A DNA stretch of 62,625 bases, filler included. It is 6 parts of 6 records of this genome, joined end to end, with 100 filler letters (N's around TTAATTAATTAA, not from the genome) between each part and the next. Parts side by side here need not be neighbours in the genome. Positions count along the whole stretch, not along the records: positions 24,851 to 39,719 come from SRR31156797_2718; 5 more parts are not named here. The stretch is one strand, 5' to 3'. This document shows positions 27,924-37,379 of the stretch, one piece after another. The translations under genes and the position numbers were made by a program. How positions within the stretch are numbered: position 1 is the first letter of the stretch; each line of letters starts with the position of its first letter. The notes below the pieces were generated by a model. The model saw only the letters and a list, made by a program, of their open reading frames with translations, made no database searches and was not told the DNA's origin.

Positions 27924-29678
27924 ATGTCGTGGAATATTAAGTCCGAGCACCGTCGCCTTCTGGCCGGGGAGACAGGAACTGTTATCAAGGACTGGGGAGG
28001 AAAAACGCCGGTGGCTTTGGCATTCCCGAACACTTATTACACCGGGATGTCCAACCTGGGCTTCCAGTCAATATATGGATTGCTTAATTCCTTCCCTGAT
28101 GTTGTTTGCGAAAGATTCTTTCTTCCTGACAGGAGGTCGGCCGCCGAATATGCCAGAACGGGAACGCCGTTGCTTTCCCTTGAGAGCGGACGTCCGCTCA
28201 AAGACTTCGAACTGGCGGCTTTTTCACTGTCGTATGAAAACGACTATCCCGGACTGGTCAGGATGCTCAAGATGTCCGGCCTGGCCGCGCGTCGGGACGA
28301 CAGGCGTGAAAGCGACCCCCTTGTAATAGCGGGCGGCGTGTGCGTGCGCACGAACCCGGAACCCTTGGCCGGTTTTCTGGACCTGGCCCTTCTAGGAGAC
28401 GGAGAAGTAATAATCCCGGCCCTGATTCAGGCCTGGAGAGAAACACGCTCCAATCCCCTCCCCCCAGTGGAGCGTGTTTTTCACCTGGCCGGAATGACTC
28501 CGGGGGCTTATGCTCCCGGTTTCTACAAGGCGACCCTTGACGACAAGGGTCGCCTTGAGAAATTTTTTCCTACACGGAAGGGCTCGCCTGAGTCCGTCAA
28601 ATCATCGCTGGCCCAAACCATGCCCGACCCCGCGATTTCCACGCAAGTACTGACCAGCGAGACCGAATTTGCCGGAACAAGACTTGTGGAAATCGGGCGG
28701 GGCTGCCCTCGCGGCTGCAGGTTTTGTCTGGCCGGGTTCGTATATAGGCCGCCCCGGTTTGCATCTGCCGGGGCTATCTATCGAGCCTTGGGCGAACCGT
28801 CCGGTAAAGGCGACAGGGTCGGTTTGGTGAGTCCGGCAGTAGCCGACCATCCGGAAATAGAACAAATTGTCCAAAATCTTGTCGGGCAGGGCCGGGAAGT
28901 AACCGTATCGTCGCTTCGCGTGGAAACCATAACACCCGGTTTGGCCGAGGCTCTTTTCAAAGGCAAACAACGAAGCGCGGCCATTGCCCCGGAAGCAGGA
29001 TCGCAGAACCTGAGAAATTTCATAAACAAGAATCTGAAGGAAGAGCAGATACTGGATGGGGCTCAAATACTGGCCGAGGCGGGAGTGAAGCGCCTTAAGC
29101 TTTATTTTATGATCGGTCTGCCCAATGAAACCAGGGACGACGTCAAGGCCATTCCGGAACTGACCGGTAAAATAAAGGATCGCATGCTCAGGTCGGCCAA
29201 GGGCAAAGGTCTTACGCCCGAAGTCACGCTGAGTGTGGCAAGTTTTGTTCCCAAGCCGTTTACTCCGTTTGAAACCCAGCCGATGCTGGAAACAAACGAG
29301 TTGAAAAATCGGGCCAAATTGATAAAAAGCGGGTTGAAGAACCGTAAAGGGTTAAGGGTTCATTTCGACATCCCCAAGTGGGCAAGGCTGCAGGCGCTTT
29401 TTTCCAGGGGAGACAGAAGGGTCGGCGACCTGATTGAAGCGCTGGCCGGGCAGGAAGGCGGGCTTTCCCGCATTATGAAGGAGATGTCTTTTAATCCGGA
29501 TTTTTTTGTGACCCGGTCCATGGCCGAGGACAGGCTGTTGCCGTGGTCGTTTATCGACTACGGTTTTAAAAACGGATATTTGGATAGCGAACTTAAAAGG
29601 GCCGAACAAGGGCGCCTGTCGCCGGCCTGCAAAACAGATGTCTGCCGGACATGCGGCGTGTGCCCGGGAGATCAATAA
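27924..29678 (+). CDS. Radical SAM protein with N-terminal B12-binding-like region
   Basis: FPNTYYTGMSNLG, RGCPRGCRFC (CxxxCxxC), APEAGS, YFMIGLP, C-terminal CxxxxCxxCGVC. Confidence 0.85.
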   Translation: MSWNIKSEHRRLLAGETGTVIKDWGGKTPVALAFPNTYYTGMSNLGFQSIYGLLNSFPDVVCERFFLPDRRSAAEYARTGTPLLSLESGRPLKDFELAAFSLSYENDYPGLVRMLKMSGLAARRDDRRESDPLVIAGGVCVRTNPEPLAGFLDLALLGDGEVIIPALIQAWRETRSNPLPPVERVFHLAGMTPGAYAPGFYKATLDDKGRLEKFFPTRKGSPESVKSSLAQTMPDPAISTQVLTSETEFAGTRLVEIGRGCPRGCRFCLAGFVYRPPRFASAGAIYRALGEPSGKGDRVGLVSPAVADHPEIEQIVQNLVGQGREVTVSSLRVETITPGLAEALFKGKQRSAAIAPEAGSQNLRNFINKNLKEEQILDGAQILAEAGVKRLKLYFMIGLPNETRDDVKAIPELTGKIKDRMLRSAKGKGLTPEVTLSVASFVPKPFTPFETQPMLETNELKNRAKLIKSGLKNRKGLRVHFDIPKWARLQALFSRGDRRVGDLIEALAGQEGGLSRIMKEMSFNPDFFVTRSMAEDRLLPWSFIDYGFKNGYLDSELKRAEQGRLSPACKTDVCRTCGVCPGDQ

Positions 29679-29683
29679 TGCGG

Positions 29684-30205
29684 TCAGTCTGCAATACGGG
29701 CGCCCAGGACCTTTTCCATTCTTTTAAGTGCGAATTCATGGGCCTGGGGATCGAAGTCGGCAACGACCTTTTTATGGACAACAGTCGTGTAATCCCGGTT
29801 TCTGAGGTCGGAGACAGTGTCCATGACGCAGATGGAAGTGCATACGCCGCAGAGGTGCACTTCCTCAACACGTTCTTTTTTAAGGATTTTTTCCAGATCG
29901 GTTTCAAAAAAGGCGCTGTATCTTTTTTTAGTGATAGAATAATCGCCGGGGAGGACTCCAATTTCGGAAATAGTTTCAGCGCCCCATTCGCCGGCGACGC
30001 AATGCGGAGGAAAAAGAACGAACTCCTTGTCATCGGGTTTATGGTTATCCGCGATAAAGATGATAACCGAGCCGCTTTGCCGGTGGAAATCGATGAGTTT
30101 TTGAACTTCGGGTATGATATCCACGGATTGTGGTCCGCAGAAAAGAGCGCCTTCGGGATTGAGAAAATCATTGAGCATGTCGACAACTAGCAGGGCCTTG
30201 TGCAT
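29684..30205 (-). CDS. Nicotinamidase / isochorismatase family cysteine hydrolase
   Basis: LLVVDMLNDF, DNH, FPPHCV, KKRYSAF, GVCTSICV. Confidence 0.9.
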   Translation of the reverse strand: MHKALLVVDMLNDFLNPEGALFCGPQSVDIIPEVQKLIDFHRQSGSVIIFIADNHKPDDKEFVLFPPHCVAGEWGAETISEIGVLPGDYSITKKRYSAFFETDLEKILKKERVEEVHLCGVCTSICVMDTVSDLRNRDYTTVVHKKVVADFDPQAHEFALKRMEKVLGARIAD

Positions 30206-30292
30206 GTCGTCCTCCTCGATAGAAAAGTTAAGTTAATTCTGTTGCCAAATGTGGAAAAAGTCAACACGGTCATCATACTGGAGCTATAGCAG

Positions 30293-32356
30293 ATGGACAA
30301 TCTAAGACCGGACCGTCCGGGACCGCCCCCTCCACCGACCGGATTGGTGTTTCTGATCATCGCCCTTGTTTTGGTTGCGGGCGCTGTGGTCTGGTACGCG
30401 CTTCATCCACAGGATCTGGGCAGACTGGTCGGCCGCATCCGGGAATCGAAACCCGAGGTGGAGTATTTGTCCATTACCATCAATGACAAGAAAAAAGAAA
30501 TTCGCCCCGGACAATTCGTGCGTTTTCATCCTACTGATAAAATTGCAATTACAGGTTTTAAAAGCAACCGAATCGGCAATTACGATTTGAAGCTGGAATC
30601 TCCGGATTTTGACCCGGTCAAACTCACCCGGCCCGTCACCTTGATGGATGTACTGGGAGAAGCCGGGTTTGCCGAACCAAGGCAATTTATCATTCAGGTA
30701 AAGGAAAATCAGACCATAATCGCTGATTTTTACATGCTGGTCGGTATGACCGTGCTGGATTGGTCGGCCAAGGCCAAGCATGCAACCAGTGTTGAAAAGA
30801 AGATTTATTATTACAGTCTGGCCCTGAAAATGGAGCCTCAAAACAGAATGATCAGAGAAAGACTAGCTGATTTACTGCTTGAGGCCAAGGACTATCTGAG
30901 CGCGGCCGTAATGTATGAAAGCCTGCTGACTTCTGAAAAAGACACGGCCACTTTAAGAAAGATACTGTCCGTATATAAAACAGCCGGAAACAAGGAGAAA
31001 GTGGTCGGCACGTATGAACGCCTGATAAAAGCCGGAACAGAATCGGAAGCTCGAGGCTATTTGGATGAGTTGGTCAAATATTACAAAAAGATAGGCGACA
31101 GGGCCGGCCTCGTCAATACTTACGAACGTTTGATTAAAATGAGCGATGCCAAGGAAGCATCCGGGTATCTGAAAAAAATCATAGCGATTTACCGCGCGGC
31201 TGGAGACCATGAGAAGATGGTTGCGACCTACCAGCGTCTTATAGAAATAAGCGACGACGGATCCGCACTGGTGTATTTGCGGGAGTTGGCCAAGATACAT
31301 GAAAAAAAGGACGAGTGGAACGAACTGATAAGCGTCTATGAACAAATGAAGGACAGGCTGCCGGCTGACAGGCGGGTCGGAATCCTGAAAAAACTTGGTT
31401 TTCTGCATGCCAAAAGACAGAAAATGGAAGACGCGGCCAAATATTACGAGGCCGCGGCCGAGCTTGATAAAAAGGATGTAAACCTTTATTTGAATCTGGC
31501 CCGGCTATACCAGTCCCTGGGTCGCCAGGACAAGTATGCCGAGAGTCTGAAAAAAATACTTGAGTTCAAGCCCAAGGACGCGAAGACGAGATTTCAGCTT
31601 ATTGAAACGCTTATGGCGTCGGAAAAGAAACAGGAAGCTGAAGATCAGTTGATCGTGCTTTTGAAGCAGGAACCGGACAACCTTGACGCCCGGCTTTTTT
31701 TAATTAAACTTCTTGAAGAAAAGGGCGACAAAACCAGGCTCATGGCCCAGTATGAAATTCTGCTTAAGAGCACCCCCGATAACAAAGTGCTTCTTTACAA
31801 TCTCGGTGTTTTGTATCTGGAGGCCGACCAGTTGGAAAAGGCTGCGGACATGATGAAAAAGGCTGCGGAACTGGATCCGGATGATGCGGACGCGCACAAA
31901 TACCTTTTTCGGATTTACCAACGGTTGGACGATTTTGACGGCGCAATAGAGGAAGCCAGGGAAATTCTGCGGCTTAATCCTCAAATGCTTTCCATGCACG
32001 AATTTTTGATCGACTATCTCATTGGTAAGAAAGATCATGAAGGCGTGGTTAAATCGGCCGCGGAAGCGTTAAAAGCGTTCCCGAAAAAAGAGAAATTTTT
32101 AAAGGCGGAGGCGGATGCTCTTTTAAAACTGAACAGGTTCGCGGAAGCCGCCGAATCTTATGAAAAGCTGTTGGAGTTAAAAAACGGCGACAAGAGTCTG
32201 ATGTTCAAGATTGCGGAACTGTATGAAAAAGCGGAACAACTTGGCAAAGCCAAGAGTATGTACGCCCGGATTTTAAAGTTGGATCCGGATAATGAGGATG
32301 CGGCCGAGGCCCACCTGCGGTTGAGCCTGAAAGGGTTGGAATCCAAGACCCGGTGA
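30293..32356 (+). CDS. Membrane-anchored multi-TPR protein
   Basis: N-terminal TM segment, then many TPR repeats (e.g. LLYNLGVLYLEADQLEKAADMMKKAAELDP). Confidence 0.85.
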   Translation: MDNLRPDRPGPPPPPTGLVFLIIALVLVAGAVVWYALHPQDLGRLVGRIRESKPEVEYLSITINDKKKEIRPGQFVRFHPTDKIAITGFKSNRIGNYDLKLESPDFDPVKLTRPVTLMDVLGEAGFAEPRQFIIQVKENQTIIADFYMLVGMTVLDWSAKAKHATSVEKKIYYYSLALKMEPQNRMIRERLADLLLEAKDYLSAAVMYESLLTSEKDTATLRKILSVYKTAGNKEKVVGTYERLIKAGTESEARGYLDELVKYYKKIGDRAGLVNTYERLIKMSDAKEASGYLKKIIAIYRAAGDHEKMVATYQRLIEISDDGSALVYLRELAKIHEKKDEWNELISVYEQMKDRLPADRRVGILKKLGFLHAKRQKMEDAAKYYEAAAELDKKDVNLYLNLARLYQSLGRQDKYAESLKKILEFKPKDAKTRFQLIETLMASEKKQEAEDQLIVLLKQEPDNLDARLFLIKLLEEKGDKTRLMAQYEILLKSTPDNKVLLYNLGVLYLEADQLEKAADMMKKAAELDPDDADAHKYLFRIYQRLDDFDGAIEEAREILRLNPQMLSMHEFLIDYLIGKKDHEGVVKSAAEALKAFPKKEKFLKAEADALLKLNRFAEAAESYEKLLELKNGDKSLMFKIAELYEKAEQLGKAKSMYARILKLDPDNEDAAEAHLRLSLKGLESKTR

Positions 32357-32414
32357 ACGGCTGAGCATCCGGGCGAAAAGAACAATTAAGCAACATGGGA
32401 ATGGAAAAAGAGTT

Positions 32415-33035
32415 ATGGATTTTTTATTACCGGACCTCATAGTGCGAGGCGGATGGTTAATGTATCCCATCTTTCTTTGCAGCGTGGTGGCGCTTGGTTT
32501 TTTCATTGAAAGGCTTTTTAAGCTGAGGCGGGCCAGAATAATGCCCAAGGTTCAGATACAGAATCTGAACGACCTGATTTCCAGAAAAAAGTATAATGAC
32601 GCAGCCTATTTGTGCCAGGGGCAGCCGAGCGCCATATCCCGGATTTACCATGCGGCCTTAAAGAGCAACGGCCTGCCGCGTTCTTCGATAAAAGAAGTCG
32701 TGCTGGAAGTGGGCCGCCGGGAGGCTTCGGACTTGTTGAAGCACGTTTCGGTATTGGGAACGGTGGCAAGCATAACTCCCCTGCTCGGCCTTCTGGGTAC
32801 GGTATCGGGCATGATTAAGACTTTCAACCTGATTTCCTATTATGGCGTCGGGAATCCGGGGACGCTGGCCGCCGGCATTTCCGAGGCCTTGCTGACCACG
32901 GCCGCCGGACTGAGCGTAGCCATTCCCACGCTGGTCGGATATCGTTTTGTATCGAGCAAGGCGGACGGCTTGATATCCGAAATGGAAGAACAATCGCTGC
33001 TCCTGGTGGAAGCGCTAAAAGGGCCGGAGGTTTAA
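32415..33035 (+). CDS. MotA/TolQ/ExbB proton channel protein
   Basis: TPLLGLLGTVSGMI and GISEALLTTAAGL.VAIP. Confidence 0.93.
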   Translation: MDFLLPDLIVRGGWLMYPIFLCSVVALGFFIERLFKLRRARIMPKVQIQNLNDLISRKKYNDAAYLCQGQPSAISRIYHAALKSNGLPRSSIKEVVLEVGRREASDLLKHVSVLGTVASITPLLGLLGTVSGMIKTFNLISYYGVGNPGTLAAGISEALLTTAAGLSVAIPTLVGYRFVSSKADGLISEMEEQSLLLVEALKGPEV

Positions 33036-33037
33036 AC

Positions 33038-33460
33038 ATGGAATTCAGGGTGAAGCGCCGCGATGAACCGGTAGTGGAAATAGCGCCGCTTATCGATGTG
33101 GTATTTCTGCTCCTGCTGTTTTTCATGGTTACAACTCAGTTTATTTCCCTGCCGGGATTGAAGCTGACCCTTCCCGGCATAGAGCCGGGATCCACGGTGA
33201 CCGCCACGGATAAAATTGAAGTGCAGATAACCGCGGCCGGCGACATATATGTTGATGGAAATCCGGTGGCCGAATCCGACCTGCCCGGCGCGATCAAGGA
33301 AAGCGTGGTCGACCCGGAATCCAGCGTAGTGATACTGATGGCTGATGAAAAAACGTATCACGGCCGCATCGTCGGACTCATGGATACTATCAGGCGGAAC
33401 GGATTAAAAAGAGTTGTGCTGGCAGCCCGTTGGAAGGACAAAGGAGAGACCGTAAATTGA
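33038..33460 (+). CDS. ExbD/TolR family protein
   Basis: IAPLIDVVFLLLLFFMV, LP, ADEK...G.IV..MD. Confidence 0.93.
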   Translation: MEFRVKRRDEPVVEIAPLIDVVFLLLLFFMVTTQFISLPGLKLTLPGIEPGSTVTATDKIEVQITAAGDIYVDGNPVAESDLPGAIKESVVDPESSVVILMADEKTYHGRIVGLMDTIRRNGLKRVVLAARWKDKGETVN

Positions 33461-33777
33461 CCGATCCGAAATCTTTCATTGGTAACAAGGTTTATGCATT
33501 CATTTCCATCGCCCTGACCGTCACCTGTAGTCTGGTGCTTTTTTACAGCGATCAGGGATTGATGCGGCTTCGACATTTAAAGGACGAAAAAAGTAAACTG
33601 GAAAGCGTTAATTCCGATCTTCGGGAAGAGAACAGGAGGCTGGTCAACAGGATAAAGAGGGTCAAATCGGATGCCGGGTATATCGAAGATGAAGCCCGCA
33701 GGAAACTGGGCTTGATCCGGCCTGATGAGGTTATTTACCGGTTGAGGGAAGAGCCCGACCTTTCTTATGACGACTAA
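33457..33777 (+). CDS. ftsB: Septum formation initiator FtsB/DivIC family
   Basis: TM + QG + coiled coil + IEDEARRKLGLIRPDE; TTG start overlaps the exbD stop and follows AAGGAG. Confidence 0.85.
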   Translation: MTDPKSFIGNKVYAFISIALTVTCSLVLFYSDQGLMRLRHLKDEKSKLESVNSDLREENRRLVNRIKRVKSDAGYIEDEARRKLGLIRPDEVIYRLREEPDLSYDD

Positions 33778-34639
33778 GCCGGGGAATCATGTATACAGTA
33801 ACACATTTATAAGAAAATCCTATAGCCCGCGCAAACCGCGAACACTTGGTAATTATGGAATAAGGCCAATAATAACAGCCTACCAGTTGTTGCGGTTCGC
33901 TTACTGCCCATAACAATTCGGCAGCAGGTCGCCCAACTGTTTATCTCCCAATTGTTCATGTATGAACCAAGTCAAAATTAGCTATCGGGATTCAGACTTC
34001 AACCTCACCACCGTATCCCCCTTTATGACGCGCTCCTTGCGCTTCGCTGCTTCTGCGAACTTGGTCGAAACGCCCTCAACCAACTCGAATCTAATCGCAA
34101 AGCGCTTCAGTGATCATTTTTCCCGTTATGATTATGAGGTTGTTCGGTAGAAACCTGAATTCCCTCATAGACAACTAAAATCAGGCAAAGCTGATGACGA
34201 TAACAGAAGTTCACCGATGATATTGATCGAAATCGTAAATGGATTAGGGATATCATTTATAGCTAAAGAAGTAGGTAATGTGAAGCAACGCAGGCGCCTT
34301 GCTGACCGGATGAGTTCGGCTTGACTCTGAGAAAACGATTGGCTACTATATCCGCGAATTGAATAAGATTTATTCTTTTAAATAAATCGGCAAAAATCAG
34401 GGGTGGTTTCAAAGCCTACGGCTCAAGGTAAAGCCTTGGAACAGGCTGAATGCATAGCCAGAGGGCGGGAACATGAAAATCAAGTCGCCTGCTTTCTCGG
34501 TCAAGCAGATGCTGTTGAAGCCATAAAGAGAACTTCTCAAATCGGATCATTATTAGATTTTCTTAGCGGGTAGTCACTACGCTTGCTGTTTTAGTGCGTT
34601 TTACAATTATGACGCCCTTCTCTCCATGAAAGAGGTGTT

Positions 34640-37324
34640 ATGAAAATCACCGGTTTCACAGCATTTTGTCTATTCGCCATACTCATACTTTCGGCCTGTG
34701 CCGAGTTTTCGTCTTCCGGGCCGGCAACTTCTGTCAATCTAGCCGAAACCGCAAAACTGCAGGCCGGTTATGCTAACCGTAAACAATACGACCTTCTGGA
34801 AAAAAGTCTGATAGGCGAATATAAACGCTTCAAAAAGTCAGGCAACCAGTATGGACGCCTTCTCACAACCCTGGATCTGGCAGTTTTTTACAGCTTTGGA
34901 TTTGTAAACTTTAGAGAATCCTTGATGTATTTCAACGAAGCCCATTCTATCAACGAATCCATCCAAGCGTATCATGGCCCCAAACCGCTGCCTGATCTCC
35001 AGTTTTATCGGACTCTTGGAGACCAGGTCATTCCCTGGAACTATAACTACAAGGTCATAAAGGAAGCCATAGACATGGGGCGACGCCGTGTGGAGGTCGC
35101 AGTTGGCGACATCAACTTGCCTCCCCAACTCCCTGTGGACCAACCGCCGAAAATTATGGACCTGGCCGAGGCCCCGGACGCCTATGCCTTGAATATCCCA
35201 TTCGACCTTTACCAACCCGAATTGTTTGGTGTTATAGAAAATAAACTAACTGAAAGGGCAATAAAACACTTCGCATTGAGGCATAAACTATCGGCAGACA
35301 AGAAAAAATATTTCCAGCATTTCAATCAAGCCAGAATTCTGTTCCGCTCTTTCCCCTTTCCGGAGTTGAACGACCAAGATGTGGAAAGGCTGCTATTCCA
35401 CTCTGAAACCGCCTTGGGTTTATACCCCCACGATAAAGTGACTCTTGAAAAAGTGCGTTTGGGCTTCATCCGCACCCTTTGCCTGGCCAAGCTAAAAAAA
35501 GACAAGGATGCCTTAAATGCATACCAAGCCTTTTTCAAGGATTTGAAAATAGTGGAATCCGGTCTGATTCAGGATGTGAAATACTATCAAAACGAAAGGG
35601 CCAAAACCTTGCTCCTGGCCGCCATTTCTCTGACTGTGGGTATGGGAGCCGATATATCGTCTGCCTTTTCTGGAGGCGCAGCCTTGAACACGAATTCACT
35701 TTATTCCCTTGGCGGCATGATGCTCATGGGGGTTTTGCCTACCGAAAGCCGGAATCTGACCCTGATCGGCGAATCCGAATATTCACGGGAATTGAATCTA
35801 GTCCTGGATAAATCCGAACAGCTCTTGATGTTTCACTATCTTGGAGCTTCAGCCTTCCGTCTGGGCGATAATGGGAAAAGCGTCGGTTTTCACCGGGAAG
35901 GTGTAGAAATTCTTAATGCCATGCGTTCCACCATATCCACCGAAAGCCGCCGTATAGGTTTCGCCCGGCACGGTAAAACATTGTATGAGAACCTGATCCA
36001 ATCGCTATCGAACCAGAACAAACCAGAGGCTGCCTACTTTTATTCAGAGAATGCACGTTCCAGAGCCTTGGTCGATCTTCTGGGAACAAAAAAACTGGTG
36101 CTGAAAAACCAGGAGCAAACCAAGCTGGCCGGTCGAATCCGCTATTCACTGTCCAATACTGAACATCTGCGGGACCAGGTCGGCATAACCGCAGGACAGG
36201 CCGAGTACAACAACAAATTAGCCGAGGTCTTGAAATCGGACTGGAGTAAACCGGACTCGATCGGAGTGAATGTATTGTCTTTGGTGAGTGTATCAAGCCT
36301 TTCAGCCGCTGAGACGACCGAAAAGCTGCCCAAGGATTGTTCACTCATCGAGTATTTTTTTACATCCAAAGGCTGTTTTGCCTGGCTGATTGAACGCAAA
36401 AGTGTAAAGGAATACCGCCTTTTGATCACCCCGGACCAAGTGCGGACCCGGATCAAATCCATGGGCCTGAACAAAGTTCCGAAATCGTCGACCGAGGTCT
36501 CGGCCAGGTTCCTCTCCCAGGCCCAGGCTCTGTATGCCAAGCTTTTCCAACCCATGGAAAAAGACCTGACCTCAACAAAAGTCTACTTGGTTATGCACGG
36601 CCCACTCAATTATCTGCCCTTTGAAGCCCTGCATGACGGAAGGCAATTTTTGGTCGAACGATACGCTTTTTCCTATCTGCCGAGCAGTTCGATTTTACAG
36701 TTCCTGATACCTACCGGGGAATCCTTCAACTCCCTGACCGCTGTGGGAAATCCCTGGCGACCGAAAGCAGCGCCTCTGCCAGGAGCTGAGAAAGAGGCCC
36801 TGGCCATTGCCGAATTATTCAACCAAAGCCAGGTTTTTACAGGGCGCGCCGCTACCGAAAGCTCCTTCCGGCAGTCCTCCCGTAAAAGTGACGTAATACA
36901 TATGGCTTGTCACGGGCTATTCGATGCTGAAGACCCCATGAGTTCTCGCCTTATACTCGCCGGCGACATCGAAAACGACGGTAACCTTACCACCGAGGAG
37001 TTATATGCTTTGGACCTTTCTGCCTCGCTAGTAGTATTGAGCGCCTGCGATACGGCTGTTTCCAAAATACAAAACGGCAACGAACTGATAGGATTATTAA
37101 GGGGGTTTTTCTTCGCGGGCGCGCCTCGGATAGTTGCGAGTTTGTGGTCCGTTGCCGATGAACCCACAGCCCGACTGATGACAGAATTTTACACCAAGTT
37201 AAAGAATGAAAAACAAACACCCAGCCAGGCCCTTCGGCAAGCCAAACTGGATTTGCTGGAAAATTCGGACTGGAAACACCCTTTCTTTTGGGCTCCGTTC
37301 AATCTTTACGGATTAATTGATTGA
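34640..37324 (+). CDS. CHAT-domain (caspase-like) protease lipoprotein
   Basis: Lipobox ILSAC; RSRALVDLL, HGPLNYLPFEAL, catalytic IHMACHG and VVLSACDT, ASLWSVAD, HPFFWAPF. Confidence 0.9.
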   Translation: MKITGFTAFCLFAILILSACAEFSSSGPATSVNLAETAKLQAGYANRKQYDLLEKSLIGEYKRFKKSGNQYGRLLTTLDLAVFYSFGFVNFRESLMYFNEAHSINESIQAYHGPKPLPDLQFYRTLGDQVIPWNYNYKVIKEAIDMGRRRVEVAVGDINLPPQLPVDQPPKIMDLAEAPDAYALNIPFDLYQPELFGVIENKLTERAIKHFALRHKLSADKKKYFQHFNQARILFRSFPFPELNDQDVERLLFHSETALGLYPHDKVTLEKVRLGFIRTLCLAKLKKDKDALNAYQAFFKDLKIVESGLIQDVKYYQNERAKTLLLAAISLTVGMGADISSAFSGGAALNTNSLYSLGGMMLMGVLPTESRNLTLIGESEYSRELNLVLDKSEQLLMFHYLGASAFRLGDNGKSVGFHREGVEILNAMRSTISTESRRIGFARHGKTLYENLIQSLSNQNKPEAAYFYSENARSRALVDLLGTKKLVLKNQEQTKLAGRIRYSLSNTEHLRDQVGITAGQAEYNNKLAEVLKSDWSKPDSIGVNVLSLVSVSSLSAAETTEKLPKDCSLIEYFFTSKGCFAWLIERKSVKEYRLLITPDQVRTRIKSMGLNKVPKSSTEVSARFLSQAQALYAKLFQPMEKDLTSTKVYLVMHGPLNYLPFEALHDGRQFLVERYAFSYLPSSSILQFLIPTGESFNSLTAVGNPWRPKAAPLPGAEKEALAIAELFNQSQVFTGRAATESSFRQSSRKSDVIHMACHGLFDAEDPMSSRLILAGDIENDGNLTTEELYALDLSASLVVLSACDTAVSKIQNGNELIGLLRGFFFAGAPRIVASLWSVADEPTARLMTEFYTKLKNEKQTPSQALRQAKLDLLENSDWKHPFFWAPFNLYGLID

Positions 37325-37379
37325 TAAGCATATTGAAGTCTCTACTTGAAACGAAACCATCTGGGGAAGTGAGGAAGGA

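Noticed and set aside
29593-30190. ORFs 29651-30190 (+) and 29593-30186 (-)
   Set aside because: They overlap the nicotinamidase-family gene, which has the full catalytic motif set
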